DNA of 64,000 bases from Gammaproteobacteria bacterium (GTDB lineage Bacteria; Pseudomonadota; Gammaproteobacteria; Ga0077554; Ga007554): NCBI GenBank assembly GCA_016191235.1, contig JACPOZ010000025.1, forward strand, positions 3,894 through 67,893, read 5' to 3'. A program made the position numbers and the translations under genes. The notes under the pieces were generated by a model that ran no database searches, was not told where the DNA came from, and saw only the letters and a list, made by a program, of their open reading frames with translations. Within the stretch, counting starts at the first letter, position 1; each line of letters begins with the position of its first letter. Of this stretch, positions 27,544-38,588 are shown piece after piece.

Positions 27544-29811
27544 GTGTCAACAAACACCCCCATCCCCGCATACAATCTTCCACTTTCCGTCAGCGTCGAG
27601 GCCAACGCCGGCGCTGCTGGTAATGACGCCCAAGTCGCACCGGCGTTTTCAATAGATGATTTGTGCGTCATGCTCGACGCCTATCTCGATGATGAACAGA
27701 TAGCCCAGATCCGCCGTGCCTATCAGTTTGGCGAGACGGCGCATGAGGGGCAGCAGCGCCTCTCCGGCGAACCCTATATCTCTCATCCGCTCGCCGTGGC
27801 GCGCATCCTGGCCGAGATGCACCTGGACCACCAGAGCATCATGGCCGCCATCCTGCACGATGTCATCGAGGACACCGGCACGGGCAAGGAGTATCTGATC
27901 AATCAGTTTGGCGAGGAAGTCGCTGAACTGGTGGACGGCGTCAGCAAGCTCACCCAGATCAAATTCCGCTCCAAGGCTGAAGCCCAGGCCGAAAATTTCC
28001 GCAAGATGGTGCTGGCCATGGTGCGTGATATCCGCGTCATCCTGGTCAAGCTCGCCGACCGGCTGCACAATATGCGCACTCTGGGAGCTATGGCACCCGA
28101 CAAGCGCCGCCGCATTGCGAACGAGACACTCGAGATTTACGTCCCCATCGCCAATCGCCTGGGACTCAACACGATGCGCCTGGAGCTGGAAGAGCTTGGG
28201 TTTGCCGCCCTCTATCCCCTGCGTTACCGCATCCTTGCCGAGGCGGTGCGCAAGGCACGCGGCAATCGCAAGGAAGTATTGCAGAAAATCTCAGCCGCCA
28301 TTGAAGAGCGACTCAATCAGGAAGGGATGGCTGGGCGTGTCCTGGGGCGCGAGAAACACCTCTATAGTATTTACCAGAAGATGCGCAACAAGCACCTCTC
28401 CTTCTCCGAGGTGTTCGATGTCTACGCTTTCCGCATCATCGTCGACAAGGTGGATGCCTGTTACCGCGCGCTGGGTGTGGCGCACAACCTTTACAAGCCT
28501 GTGCCTGGCAAATTCAAGGATTACATCGCCATCCCCAAATCGAATGGCTACCAGGGCTTGCATACCGTTCTGTTTGGGCCGTATGGCGTGCCCATTGAAA
28601 TCCAAATACGCACCGAAGACATGGACAAGGTGGCCGAATCGGGCATTGCCGCGCACTGGTCATACAAGGTAGGCGACAAGGCCGGCGGTGCGCAGGCGCG
28701 TGCCCGCGAGTGGCTGCGCGAACTGCTGGAAATTCAGAAGAGCGCCGGTAATTCGCTGGAATTCATTGAAAACGTCAAGATCGACCTGTTTCCGGATCAG
28801 GTCTACGTATTCACCCCCAAGGGCAGGATCATGCGCCTGCTGCGCGGCGCCACCGCAGTGGATTTCGCCTATGCGATACATACCGATGTCGGCAATAGCT
28901 GCGTAGCGGCGAAGATCGACCGGCATCTCGCGCCGCTCAGCGCTGCATTGAATAACGGCCAGACCGTCGAGATCGTTACCGCTCCTGGCGCACAACCAAA
29001 CCCGGCCTGGCTCAATTTCGTGGTGACAGGCAAGGCACGCGCCAACATCCGCAACTACCTGAAGAACCTCAAGAGCGAAGAGGCAATCAGCCTCGGTAGG
29101 CGCCTGCTGGACAAGTCGCTGGCGGAGTTCAACACCGCCCTCGCCAGGCTGCCGCGCGAACGTTTCACCGTGGTGCTGGAAGAATTCAAACTCAAGTCCA
29201 TTGAAAGTCTGTACGAGGACATCGGCCTGGGCAACCGTATGGCAGCCTTAGTGGCACGCCGTCTGGCGCCATTGGAAAAAGAAGCAAGCGAACGCAGCCG
29301 GGGGATCAAGGATGTCCTTACGCGCTACGTGCCGGGATGGCTCAAAGGAGGCGAACGCGCCGCACACCGGCCACTGGTGATCAAGGGCACGGAGGGTATG
29401 GTGGTAACCTTCGCCAAGTGTTGCCATCCCCTGCCGGGCGATCAAATCCTGGGATTTGTCACGGCAGGAAGAGGTATTGTGATTCACACCGAGTCCTGCA
29501 AAAACGTTGCGGAATTCCGTAACCGCCCGGAAAAGTGGATCGACGTGCAATGGGCGACCGGCATTGCCAGCGAATTTCCCGTTGAAATCCGCGTCGACGC
29601 TCTCAACAAGCGCGGCGCATTGGCCACCGTAGCCGCCGCCATTGCGGAAATGGGCGCCAACATCGACAATGTCAGCATCGAAGAGCGCGATGGCAAATAC
29701 AGCACACTCACCCTGATCATCGAAGTGCGCGACCGTATACACCTGGCCAAAATCATGCGGCGGGTGCGCTCAATAGACATGGTTGCGCGGATTGTGAGAA
29801 CTAAAGGATGA
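27544..29811 (+). CDS. spoT: Bifunctional (p)ppGpp synthetase/hydrolase (RelA/SpoT homologue)
   Basis: HD domain (HPLAVA..LHDVIEDT), synthetase domain, TGS, and C-terminal ACT. GTG start in the ORF track; the true start could be further downstream. Confidence 0.9.
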   Translation: MSTNTPIPAYNLPLSVSVEANAGAAGNDAQVAPAFSIDDLCVMLDAYLDDEQIAQIRRAYQFGETAHEGQQRLSGEPYISHPLAVARILAEMHLDHQSIMAAILHDVIEDTGTGKEYLINQFGEEVAELVDGVSKLTQIKFRSKAEAQAENFRKMVLAMVRDIRVILVKLADRLHNMRTLGAMAPDKRRRIANETLEIYVPIANRLGLNTMRLELEELGFAALYPLRYRILAEAVRKARGNRKEVLQKISAAIEERLNQEGMAGRVLGREKHLYSIYQKMRNKHLSFSEVFDVYAFRIIVDKVDACYRALGVAHNLYKPVPGKFKDYIAIPKSNGYQGLHTVLFGPYGVPIEIQIRTEDMDKVAESGIAAHWSYKVGDKAGGAQARAREWLRELLEIQKSAGNSLEFIENVKIDLFPDQVYVFTPKGRIMRLLRGATAVDFAYAIHTDVGNSCVAAKIDRHLAPLSAALNNGQTVEIVTAPGAQPNPAWLNFVVTGKARANIRNYLKNLKSEEAISLGRRLLDKSLAEFNTALARLPRERFTVVLEEFKLKSIESLYEDIGLGNRMAALVARRLAPLEKEASERSRGIKDVLTRYVPGWLKGGERAAHRPLVIKGTEGMVVTFAKCCHPLPGDQILGFVTAGRGIVIHTESCKNVAEFRNRPEKWIDVQWATGIASEFPVEIRVDALNKRGALATVAAAIAEMGANIDNVSIEERDGKYSTLTLIIEVRDRIHLAKIMRRVRSIDMVARIVRTKG

Positions 29812-29820
29812 GGACAGAAA

Positions 29821-30111
29821 ATGAATGACATAAAACAGCTTTGGCATGAATGGAAACAACACCCTTTTCCCGCCGCAGTTGCCGGGAAAAAGATAGGGGG
29901 TCTTGCTCCGGAAGAAATTTCGGCCACTGCGTCCCGCTGTATTGGCACTTTTCTGGACGCCAATGGCGAACTTGGTGCCGAGCACACCGGAATGTTGAGA
30001 AAGTGCATGTCGGATATGCAAATCGTAAATCCAAAGTGCGTTGGAGATACCCAGGTATACTTTGGAAAACTTTACAGGCTATGTGATCTTGTATCTAGCC
30101 GACTACCGTAG
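29821..30111 (+). CDS. Hypothetical small protein
   Basis: 96-aa ORF 10 nt after the spoT stop. No recognisable motifs. Confidence 0.3.
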   Translation: MNDIKQLWHEWKQHPFPAAVAGKKIGGLAPEEISATASRCIGTFLDANGELGAEHTGMLRKCMSDMQIVNPKCVGDTQVYFGKLYRLCDLVSSRLP

Positions 30112-30136
30112 CCAACGGTTCTGTTATTTTAAGGCG

Positions 30137-30544
30137 CTACTTGTCCAGGACAAGCAACATTTTATATTCATGCGCATCAAAGATCATCTCTAGCGTCTTG
30201 ATTTTTCCATCTTGGACATTAGCCCATAACACCAGCACATCTGAACGCTTTTCCGATATCTGAGAAATGACGTTGAAAATGTGGCAAACGTCATCACCGT
30301 TGACAAAGACTTTGCGCGATTCCACCCGCTGTACAATTGGCGATGCCAGTTCGGCATAGGCAATAAATTGGTCGGCAGATTGGAATTGATTTAATGGGGT
30401 AACGTATTGAAAGCCCTCATCGGCGAGATAAGCACGAGCGCGCGCATAATCGAAAGCAATCGCCGCCTCCAGATACGCGTTAACGATGTCCAGTGGTTTT
30501 AGCAGCTCCGTACTCAACCGTATGATTCCTTGTGTTTTAGCCAT
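30137..30544 (-). CDS. NTF2/SnoaL-like fold protein
   Basis: 135 aa. ..VNAYLEAAIAFDYARARAYLADEGFQYV.. has SnoaL-like composition. Confidence 0.55.
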   Translation of the reverse strand: MAKTQGIIRLSTELLKPLDIVNAYLEAAIAFDYARARAYLADEGFQYVTPLNQFQSADQFIAYAELASPIVQRVESRKVFVNGDDVCHIFNVISQISEKRSDVLVLWANVQDGKIKTLEMIFDAHEYKMLLVLDK

Positions 30545-30711
30545 ACTGACGATGAAAGTGGTAACAAACCAGCCTGGTGGGACTGTTTTCTGTCAGCGTT
30601 CGGCCTCAGACGGAATAGTAGACCGATTCAGAGCATCTTTCTATCCCTTTTGCGATATCCTCCCAGTTCCCTGCGGATTTTTTTGGTGCGGCATAATGGC
30701 TCATACTATAC

Positions 30712-31248
30712 GTGTGCGGGTTTGCGGGAAGGTGGATGATTCTAATGAAACAGGAGTTTGCAGTGAAAGAATCTTTAAAAGCAGGCTTTACTTTCGGCCT
30801 GATTTCCGGGGTCATCACTACGGTTGGGCTGATGGTGGGCCTGCATTCCGGCACTCATTCCAAGCTGGCAGTGATGGGCGGAGTGTTGACCATAGCCATA
30901 GCGGATGCCTTCTCCGATGCGCTGGGCGTGCATGTCTCCGAGGAATACAAGAACAAATCCTCCGCGCGTGAGGTATGGGAGGCGACGCTGGCAACCCTGG
31001 CGTCGAAGGCGGTGTTTGCCCTTACCTTCCTGGTGCCTGTCCTGCTTTTTGATCTGGGCACCGCCATCATCGTCGCTGTCGTCTGGGGATTAAGTCTGAT
31101 CTGTATTCTGAGTTATGCCATCGCGCGGGCAGTGGGCGAGAAACCGATCAAGGTGGTGATGGAGCACCTGACGATTGCCGTTGCAGTGATTGTCATGACC
31201 CATTACCTGGGGGACTGGGTGGCAGCAATGTTTGGCGAGGTGCGGTAG
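30712..31248 (+). CDS. VIT1/CCC1-like small membrane protein
   Basis: Hydrophobic segments. ..GLMVGLHSG..IAIADAFSDALGVHVSEE.. is reminiscent of the VIT family. Start is uncertain. Confidence 0.5.
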   Translation: MCGFAGRWMILMKQEFAVKESLKAGFTFGLISGVITTVGLMVGLHSGTHSKLAVMGGVLTIAIADAFSDALGVHVSEEYKNKSSAREVWEATLATLASKAVFALTFLVPVLLFDLGTAIIVAVVWGLSLICILSYAIARAVGEKPIKVVMEHLTIAVAVIVMTHYLGDWVAAMFGEVR

Positions 31249-31387
31249 AGGAAAAGTTTTGGTGTTCGCTGTATTAAACATAACCAATACCTTATGTAAC
31301 CGATAGATATTATTGACTTTTACTTATGAAATAGTTTGGTTATCGTTACACTCTGTGTTAGCAAACATATACACAAGGTGAAATAGC

Positions 31388-32350
31388 ATGGAGATGCAGT
31401 CGATCGGTTCCTGGTGGATGTGGGCGGGCTTTGTTGTCCTCGTGCTGGTGATGCTGGCGGTGGACATGTTTCTGCTCGGCAGGCAGGGCGCGCACAAGGT
31501 GTCTGTGAAGGAGGCGCTGGGATGGTCCGTCGTCTGGGTATCGCTGGCGATGCTCTTCAATGGCGCGTTGTGGTGGTATCTCGATGGTCAGATGGGGCGG
31601 GAAATCGCCAACCAGAAGGCACTGGAATTTTTCACCGGTTATTTGATCGAAAAATCCCTCGCAGTCGACAACATTTTTGTCTTCCTGATGATCTTCAGCT
31701 ATTTTGCCGTTCCGCCCGAATACCAGCGCCGCGTGCTGCTCTATGGCGTGCTGGGGGCGATTATCATGCGTGCGGTGATGATCCTGTTGGGTGCGATGCT
31801 CATCGCAAAATTTCACTGGATTTTATATTTATTCGGATTATTTCTGCTGTTTACCGGCATCAAGATGTTTTTCTTCGCCGACGCAAAATCGGACCTGGAG
31901 AAGAATCCCTTGCTACGCTGGATGCGTGGCCATATGAAAATTACCAACGAATATCATGGGGAAAAATTCTTCGTGGTGAAGGAGGGTATCCGTTATGCCA
32001 CACCAATGTTTCTGGTGCTGATGTTGATCGAGTTTAGCGATTTGATATTCGCGGTGGATAGTATCCCGGCAATTTTCGCGGTGACGGAAGATCCGTTTAT
32101 CGTCTTTACCTCGAACATTTTCGCCATCCTCGGCCTGCGCGCCATGTATTTCCTGCTGGCCGATGTTGCCGAGCGCTTTCATCTGCTCAAATACGGTTTG
32201 GCGTTGGTGTTGATGTTCATTGGTGTCAAGATGCTGATCGTGGAGCTATATAAAATACCTGTGCTGCTTGCGCTGGGCGTGGTCGCGGCAATTTTGGCGA
32301 CGTCGGTGATACTCAGCCTTGCGAGCACAAAGAATCTTAAAAATGGCTGA
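31388..32350 (+). CDS. TerC/Alx family integral membrane protein
   Basis: 320 aa. ..[24 protein letters not shown].. and ..[16 protein letters not shown].. are TerC signatures. Confidence 0.85.
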   Translation: MEMQSIGSWWMWAGFVVLVLVMLAVDMFLLGRQGAHKVSVKEALGWSVVWVSLAMLFNGALWWYLDGQMGREIANQKALEFFTGYLIEKSLAVDNIFVFLMIFSYFAVPPEYQRRVLLYGVLGAIIMRAVMILLGAMLIAKFHWILYLFGLFLLFTGIKMFFFADAKSDLEKNPLLRWMRGHMKITNEYHGEKFFVVKEGIRYATPMFLVLMLIEFSDLIFAVDSIPAIFAVTEDPFIVFTSNIFAILGLRAMYFLLADVAERFHLLKYGLALVLMFIGVKMLIVELYKIPVLLALGVVAAILATSVILSLASTKNLKNG

Positions 32351-32355
32351 AACGG

Positions 32356-35300
32356 CTATGCCTTCTGCGATTGCAGCTCCTGCCACATCTTCTGCAACCG
32401 CTTCACCGAGACAGGCGCTGTTGTTTTGAGTTCTTGCGCGAACAGCGATACCCGCAGTTCTTCGAGCAGCCAGCGGAATTCCTCCAGGGTGGCTGCGGAA
32501 GCATGTTGCCAGTATGTTTGCCAGAGGGGCGCGAGTTCACCTTGAAGCTGTTGGTCGCGCGCGGGGTTGCGCGGCAGTTTTTCCAGACGCAGGCGGATGG
32601 CCTTGAGGTAACGCGGCAGGTGTTGCAGGCGCGTCCATGAGGTTCGTGTAACGAAGCCTGAGTAGATCAGGCGTTGCAGTTGGTCCTTGATGTCGATCAA
32701 TGCGGCTTGGCAGGCGGGTGGTAGCGGACTCTTCAGGCCTTTTTGTATCTCTGTATATTCGGCAAGCGTAGCCTGGATGCAGGCGCAAAGCTCATTGGCG
32801 AGAGAGGGCAGGCGCGCCTTGCCTTGTTCCTTGCGCTGTTCGAAGGCTTGCTGGTTGCGTGGTTGGGCGGTGTCGAGGAAGGCGCGCGTGACGGCAGCGG
32901 CGACCATATCTTGTTTGAGTTCTTCGCAACGCCCGAGCGGCACATAGTGCAGACACATGGCCTGCAGGCTGGGCAGGTTCTTTTCCAAATATTTGATTTG
33001 TTGGGGTAGCTGCGCGATGTACAGACGCAGCAGGCCGCGCTGCATGGCGTGGTGCGCGGCCTCACGGGTATCGAACAGGCGCAATGCAACGGCATCACCT
33101 TCCTCGGCCAGGGCGGGATAGCCGATGAGGGTCAGACCGTCGCGCTGGAATTCGACCTGATCGGGCAGTTCGCCGAAGTCCCAGACGGTGATCCCGCTGC
33201 GGCCGTAGGCGTTGCGCGGCAATTCGGCAAACGCGGCCTGGGCCTGCGCGCGATGGCCCTGTTGCAGGGCGGCCAGATCACGCCCGATGGCAATGGCCTT
33301 GCCTTGGGCGTCCACCACCTTGAAATTCATGCGCAGATGGGCGGGCAGCGCATCCGCGCGCCAAGCCTCGGCGGGGATGTCTATCCCTGTGATTTTACCC
33401 AGAATGGCAGTGATGGATTGAATCAGGGGCTGCATGCCAGGCGTCAGGGTTTGCAGGCAGATGTCGGCATAGTTGGGCACGGGTACGAAGTGGCGGCGCA
33501 GCCCTTGCGGCAGGGACTTGAGCAGGGCCGCGACCTTTTCGCGCAGCAGCCCAGGCACCAGCCAATCGAAGCGGGCGGGCTGGAGCTGGTTGAGCACCGG
33601 GACGGGGACGATAACGGTGACGCCGTCTTCTTCATGGCCTGGCTCGAAGCGGTATTCCAACTGCATGCGCAGGCCTTGCAGCTCCAGATGCGCGGGAAAC
33701 TGCTCCGCGCTCGCGGCTACTGCGCCCTCATTCATAAGATCTTCGCGGGTCATGAACAGCAGGCGCGGGTTGGTGCGCTCTTGTTCCTTGCGCCAGCGTT
33801 CGAACAGCGGGCCGTTATAGATCCCCGCAGGGATGCGCGCATCGTAGAACGCGTAGAGCTGATGCTCGTCGATGACAAGATCACGCCGCCGTTGTTTGTG
33901 CTCCAACTCTTCGACTTCCGTGAGCAAATCGCGGTTGTGTGTGAAGAACGGTGCATTGGTGCGGTACTCGCCCCCGACCAATGCGGCGCGGATGAAGATC
34001 TCGCGTGCCGTTACCGGATCAATGGGACCGAAGACTATGCGACGTTTTTCCACCACAGTGAGGCCGAACAGTACGACACGTTCGTAGGCCACCACCTGGG
34101 CGCGGCCTTTCTCCCAGTGCGGCTCAAAATGGCTGCGCCGCAACAGATGCGCGCCGACGCGCTCCAGCCACTCGGACTCGATGCGCGCCACGGTGCGGGC
34201 ATAGAGGCGCGTCGTCTCCACCAGTTCGGCGGCCATGATCCACTTGGGTGGCTTTTTGTGGAGTGACGAGCCGGGAAAGATGGTGAGCTTGGTGTTGCGC
34301 GCCCCCAGGTATTCGCGATCGTCGCCCTTGATCGCGATATTGCCCAGCAGCCCCGCCAGCAGCGCACGATGGAGGGCCGCATAATCGGCGGGGATGTCGT
34401 TGAGGCGCAGGCCGATTTCCTTGGCCACGGTATAAAGCTGGGTATGGATGTCGCGCCACTCGCGCATGCGCACATAGGACAGGTAGCGCTCGGCGCACCA
34501 GCGGCGCAGCTTGGCCTGGGACAAGTGGCGCGCCTGTTCTTCATAGGCGTCCCACAGCCTGAGATAACTCAGGAAATCCGAGCGCTCGTCGCTAAACGCA
34601 CGGTGGCAGGCGTCGGCCTGTTGCTGGGACTCCAAAGGGCGCTCGCGCGGATCGGCGATGCTCAAGGCGGCAGCGATGATCAAGGCCTCGCTCAGGCAGT
34701 GCTCATCGCGCGCCGCGAGGATCATGCGGCCAATGCGCGGATCGGCGGGGAGCTTGGCGAGATGGCGGCCCAGCTCGGTGAGGTGGCGCTGCTCATCCAG
34801 CGCGCCCAGCTCGATGAGTGTCTGATAACCGTCCTTGATATGACGTGAGTCGGGCGGGTCCATGAACGGAAAGTGCTCGATCTCACGTAATTTCAGCGCC
34901 TTCATCTGCAAAATCACCTGCGCCAGGTTGGCGCGCCGGATTTCGGGATCGGTGTAGCGTGGCCGAAGCTCATAGTCCTGTTCAGAATAAAGACGGATGC
35001 ATACACCGCTGCTCACGCGGCCGCAGCGGCCCGCGCGCTGATCCGCCGCCGCTTGCGAGATAGTCTCGATGGGCAGGCGCTGCACCTTGGTGCGCGGATT
35101 GTAGCGGCTGACGCGTGCATGGCCAGGGTCGATGACATAACGGATACCCGGCACAGTGAGCGAAGTCTCGGCCACGTTAGTGGCGAGCACGATACGACGA
35201 CCGGTGTGGGGGCGAAACACCTGCTCTTGTTCGGCAGCGTTGAGGCGCGCATAGAGCGGCAGGATTTCAGTGTGGGGCGGATGGTGCTTGCGCAGGTTTT

Positions 35301-36216
35301 CCGCAGTCTCGCGGATCTCGCGCTCGCCGCTCAGGAAGATCAGGATATCGCCCGGCCCCAGTTGCGATAGCTCATCCACAGCGTCGAGAATCGCCCGTTG
35401 TACGTCACGGTCTTGCTGGTCTTCATTTTCGGCCAGCAGTGGACGGTAGCGCATCTCCACCGGATAGCTGCGGCCGCTCACCGTGATGATGGGCGCATCG
35501 GTAAAGTGCCGGGCAAAGCGCTCCGGATCGATAGTCGCCGAGGTGATGATCAGTTTGAGATCGGGGCGTTTGGGCAATAGTTGCTTGAGATAGCCGAGCA
35601 GGAAGTCGATGTTGAGGCTGCGTTCGTGGGCCTCGTCGATAATGATGGTATCGTATTGTGTGAGGTCCGGGTCACCCTGGGTCTCGGCGAGCAGGATGCC
35701 GTCGGTCATCAGCTTGATGCAAGCCGCGTCGCTGGTCTTATCCTGAAAACGCACCTTGTAACCCACCAGGCCACCAATCTCGCTGTGCAGTTCGCTGGCG
35801 ATACGCATCGCCACGCTGCGCGCCGCGATGCGCCGTGGTTGGGTGTGGCCGATATAGCCCGCCGCCCCTCTGCCCAAGGACAGGCAGATTTTGGGCAGTT
35901 GCGTGGTCTTGCCCGAGCCGGTCTCGCCACACACGATCACCACCTGATGCTCACGGATTACTGCGGCGATCTTTTCACGCTGTTCGCTGACGGGCAGGTC
36001 TTCGGGGAATTCCGGAATCGGCAAGGCCGCCAGCCGCCGCGCGCGGCGCTCTTTCGAGGCGTCTATCGCGGCGCTCAGGCCTGCATAGGCCTGTTGGTTC
36101 AACCGCCCTGCGGCATGGTCGCGGCACAGCCGGTCAAGACGGCGGCGCAACGGCTGTCGATCGGCAAGCATACACGCGCCAAGCGCGCTAGAGAGGACGT
36201 CGAATTGAGGTTGCAC
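32356..36216 (-). CDS. hrpA: ATP-dependent RNA helicase HrpA (DEAH-box)
   Basis: GETGSGKTTQLPK, DEAHERS, HA2/OB and long C-terminal domains. The start must lie below the terminator at 36288-36317. Candidates are GTG 36216 and ATG 36171. The ORF-track start 36333 is rejected. Confidence 0.9.
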   Translation of the reverse strand: MQPQFDVLSSALGACMLADRQPLRRRLDRLCRDHAAGRLNQQAYAGLSAAIDASKERRARRLAALPIPEFPEDLPVSEQREKIAAVIREHQVVIVCGETGSGKTTQLPKICLSLGRGAAGYIGHTQPRRIAARSVAMRIASELHSEIGGLVGYKVRFQDKTSDAACIKLMTDGILLAETQGDPDLTQYDTIIIDEAHERSLNIDFLLGYLKQLLPKRPDLKLIITSATIDPERFARHFTDAPIITVSGRSYPVEMRYRPLLAENEDQQDRDVQRAILDAVDELSQLGPGDILIFLSGEREIRETAENLRKHHPPHTEILPLYARLNAAEQEQVFRPHTGRRIVLATNVAETSLTVPGIRYVIDPGHARVSRYNPRTKVQRLPIETISQAAADQRAGRCGRVSSGVCIRLYSEQDYELRPRYTDPEIRRANLAQVILQMKALKLREIEHFPFMDPPDSRHIKDGYQTLIELGALDEQRHLTELGRHLAKLPADPRIGRMILAARDEHCLSEALIIAAALSIADPRERPLESQQQADACHRAFSDERSDFLSYLRLWDAYEEQARHLSQAKLRRWCAERYLSYVRMREWRDIHTQLYTVAKEIGLRLNDIPADYAALHRALLAGLLGNIAIKGDDREYLGARNTKLTIFPGSSLHKKPPKWIMAAELVETTRLYARTVARIESEWLERVGAHLLRRSHFEPHWEKGRAQVVAYERVVLFGLTVVEKRRIVFGPIDPVTAREIFIRAALVGGEYRTNAPFFTHNRDLLTEVEELEHKQRRRDLVIDEHQLYAFYDARIPAGIYNGPLFERWRKEQERTNPRLLFMTREDLMNEGAVAASAEQFPAHLELQGLRMQLEYRFEPGHEEDGVTVIVPVPVLNQLQPARFDWLVPGLLREKVAALLKSLPQGLRRHFVPVPNYADICLQTLTPGMQPLIQSITAILGKITGIDIPAEAWRADALPAHLRMNFKVVDAQGKAIAIGRDLAALQQGHRAQAQAAFAELPRNAYGRSGITVWDFGELPDQVEFQRDGLTLIGYPALAEEGDAVALRLFDTREAAHHAMQRGLLRLYIAQLPQQIKYLEKNLPSLQAMCLHYVPLGRCEELKQDMVAAAVTRAFLDTAQPRNQQAFEQRKEQGKARLPSLANELCACIQATLAEYTEIQKGLKSPLPPACQAALIDIKDQLQRLIYSGFVTRTSWTRLQHLPRYLKAIRLRLEKLPRNPARDQQLQGELAPLWQTYWQHASAATLEEFRWLLEELRVSLFAQELKTTAPVSVKRLQKMWQELQSQKA

Positions 36217-36287
36217 GGAAGGACAGTCGCCGGGGAAAGGGGCATAGTTTATAGCAGGCCGCTGTGCGACGGAAGAAAACACATAAA

Positions 36288-36317
36288 CTGAAAAAGCCCA
36301 TCTCTGGGCTTTTTCAG
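36288..36317 (-). terminator. Intrinsic (bidirectional) terminator after pilQ
   Basis: CTGAAAAAGCCCA-TCTC-TGGGCTTTTTCAG. Perfect 13-bp stem with A/T runs on both sides, 56 nt downstream of the pilQ stop. Confidence 0.75.
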
Positions 36318-36372
36318 TAACGCGATCATACAATAGACTGCTGAGCTACCTATTCATACCTTCAGCCAACCC

Positions 36373-38565
36373 TCAATTCAGGCTGACGGCATCATTCACA
36401 ACCTTTGGCGTGACAAAGATCAGCAGCTCAACCTTGTCGTCCACGTTGCCGGTGTTTCTGAACAAGCTGCCTATGCCGGGCAACTCACTAAGGAAGGGAA
36501 TTCCAGTGACTTTCTTGCTGCGCACCGTCTCGTAAACCCCGCCCAGCACCACGGTTTCGCCATTGGCAATTAACACTTGGGTGCTTACTTCTTTTTTGTC
36601 GATACTGGGCACGCCATTGAGTATTTGCCCCACCGTATCCTTGGTGACCAGCAGGTCCATGATGATATGATTATCCGGGGTGATTTGTGGCTTTACCTTG
36701 AGGCTAAGCAGGGCGTCCTTGAATTCCACGGTTGATACAGCACCTACACCGCCCGGGCGGATGTATGCGATTTGGGTGCCCTGCTTAATGGTCGCCTCTT
36801 TGCGGTCGGCGGTAATGACGCGCGGGCTGGAGACGACCTCACCGCGCCCTTCGGCTTGCATGGCAGACAATTCCAGATCAAGCAGATAATCAGATCCCAG
36901 GATGGCGAGTGCCAGCCTGCCTGCCGAGGGATTAATTACCGGGAAGTTTACATTTAACCTGTTTGGCAGAGACGGCATAGCTACGGGGAAGGCCTGGCCG
37001 TTCGACTGCAGATTTCCCAAGGCGCTCTGCACAACGGTGTCTGTGCCGGCAGCGCTTCCCGAGGTGGTGATAACGCCGTTATTGCCATTGCCTCTCACCG
37101 CGCTGGCCCCGAAACGCACACCCAGATCCTTGCTGAATGTGTCGTTGGCGATGACAACCCGCGCCTCAATTAGCACCTGGCGTATCGGCACATCCAGCTT
37201 GACAAGAAGCCTGCGGATTTCCGCCAGCTTGTCGGGGACATCCTGCACCAGCAAGGTGTTGGTGCGTTCGTCGATATTGACATTGCCGCGATCCTTGGTG
37301 AGCAGCGAGTTTTCTTTTGATTTCAGAATATTGGCAAGGTCTGCCGCCTTGGCGTAATTGACCTGTATCAGCTCGGAGCGCAGGGGTTCCAGTTCCTCTA
37401 TCTGTTTTTTGGATTCCAGCTCCTGTTTTTCACGCGTCGAAACTTCCTCGCTGGGCGCTACAAGAATCACATTACCCGTTTGGCGCATTGCCAGGCCCTT
37501 GCTTTTGAGTACGATATCCAACGCCTGGTCCCAAGGCACGTTTTGCAGCCGCAATGTCAGATTGCCGGTTACAGTGTCGCTGGTGACCATATTCAGCTTG
37601 GTAAAGTCGGCGATAATTTGCAATACTGCGCGCACCTCAATATTCTGGAAATTAAGAGAGAGTCTTTCACCTTTATAGGTAGGCTGTTGCTTTTCCCTGA
37701 TGTCCTGCTCTTCCTTGGAGATGGCTTTTACCTCGATGGTAAATCGCGAGTCAGCCTGATAGGCAATGTGATCATAATTTCCTGCGGCGGAGATAACCAT
37801 TCGCACGTTTCTACCTTGCGCCGAAGTTTCGATATTTTGAACAGGCGTGGCGAAGTCCGTTACATCAAGGCGTTGTTCAAGGTTTGGCGGTAACCGTGTA
37901 TTTGAAAAATCGACGATGATTTTTCCGCCCTCTTTACGCACGTCTACTACAGTGGCGGGATTAGACAGATTTGCTATTACGCGACCTTCGCCTTTAGGGC
38001 CGCGCTGGAAATCAATCTTGCTTATGCCATGGGCCGATGCTGGAGAGGCCATTCCAGTGGCTCTCTGTGCAGAACTTGCCGTTGCCGGGTTCGCACTGTC
38101 TTCTTTCAATGTAACATAGAAATTACTGCCTTCGGTGCGGGTTTCATAAGGCGCCATCTTGACGAGGTTAAGCACCGCACGTGTACGCCCATTGACTTCA
38201 ACGGTGTTGATGCTTTTAACCATGCCCAGTCCGACGGGCTGATTCTTTGGGGTGATCTTGTTGGCGGTATCAGGAAAATCAAAAGCGATACGCGCCGGAT
38301 TGTCCGTGCTAAAGCTCAGCGGCTGCGTGACCGGAGAGGAAAGCGTAAACTTGATCTGCACCTGATTTCCCGACAACGACGAAAAGCTCACTGCGTTCAT
38401 CGAGGTGGACGGCGCCGGACGTAGGTCGTCTGCAGTGGCGGCGCCATGCACCAAAAAAAGACCTATCAAGATATTCATCCCGGCAGTGCGGATAGATACC
38501 CTGGCACGCCCCGGTACGCCGATGGGTGCTTTAAAGAAGTTGACCATTTTTGACTCCTGAATCAT
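36373..38565 (-). CDS. pilQ: Type IV pilus secretin PilQ
   Basis: AMIN-like N-terminal repeats and a secretin C-terminal domain (..VPFLSELPGIGSLFR..). Start is 38565 or 38547, downstream of the pilP stop. Confidence 0.9.
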   Translation of the reverse strand: MIQESKMVNFFKAPIGVPGRARVSIRTAGMNILIGLFLVHGAATADDLRPAPSTSMNAVSFSSLSGNQVQIKFTLSSPVTQPLSFSTDNPARIAFDFPDTANKITPKNQPVGLGMVKSINTVEVNGRTRAVLNLVKMAPYETRTEGSNFYVTLKEDSANPATASSAQRATGMASPASAHGISKIDFQRGPKGEGRVIANLSNPATVVDVRKEGGKIIVDFSNTRLPPNLEQRLDVTDFATPVQNIETSAQGRNVRMVISAAGNYDHIAYQADSRFTIEVKAISKEEQDIREKQQPTYKGERLSLNFQNIEVRAVLQIIADFTKLNMVTSDTVTGNLTLRLQNVPWDQALDIVLKSKGLAMRQTGNVILVAPSEEVSTREKQELESKKQIEELEPLRSELIQVNYAKAADLANILKSKENSLLTKDRGNVNIDERTNTLLVQDVPDKLAEIRRLLVKLDVPIRQVLIEARVVIANDTFSKDLGVRFGASAVRGNGNNGVITTSGSAAGTDTVVQSALGNLQSNGQAFPVAMPSLPNRLNVNFPVINPSAGRLALAILGSDYLLDLELSAMQAEGRGEVVSSPRVITADRKEATIKQGTQIAYIRPGGVGAVSTVEFKDALLSLKVKPQITPDNHIIMDLLVTKDTVGQILNGVPSIDKKEVSTQVLIANGETVVLGGVYETVRSKKVTGIPFLSELPGIGSLFRNTGNVDDKVELLIFVTPKVVNDAVSLN

Positions 38566-38588
38566 TTCTGTTACTCCCTGTAAAGGAG

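Noticed and set aside
31249-31387. Possible yybP-ykoY (Mn2+) riboswitch upstream of the TerC/Alx-family gene
   Set aside because: I could not recognise the conserved riboswitch core by eye. The leader is AT-rich with no obvious four-helix architecture. A covariance-model scan (Rfam RF00080) would be needed to settle it.
33049-36291. Plus-strand ORFs (405 and 236 aa) inside hrpA
   Set aside because: They are antisense shadows of the HrpA gene.
36217-36333. 5' extension of the hrpA ORF
   Set aside because: It contains the strong bidirectional terminator hairpin at 36288-36317 that ends the pil operon. The HrpA N-terminal homology begins downstream of it.
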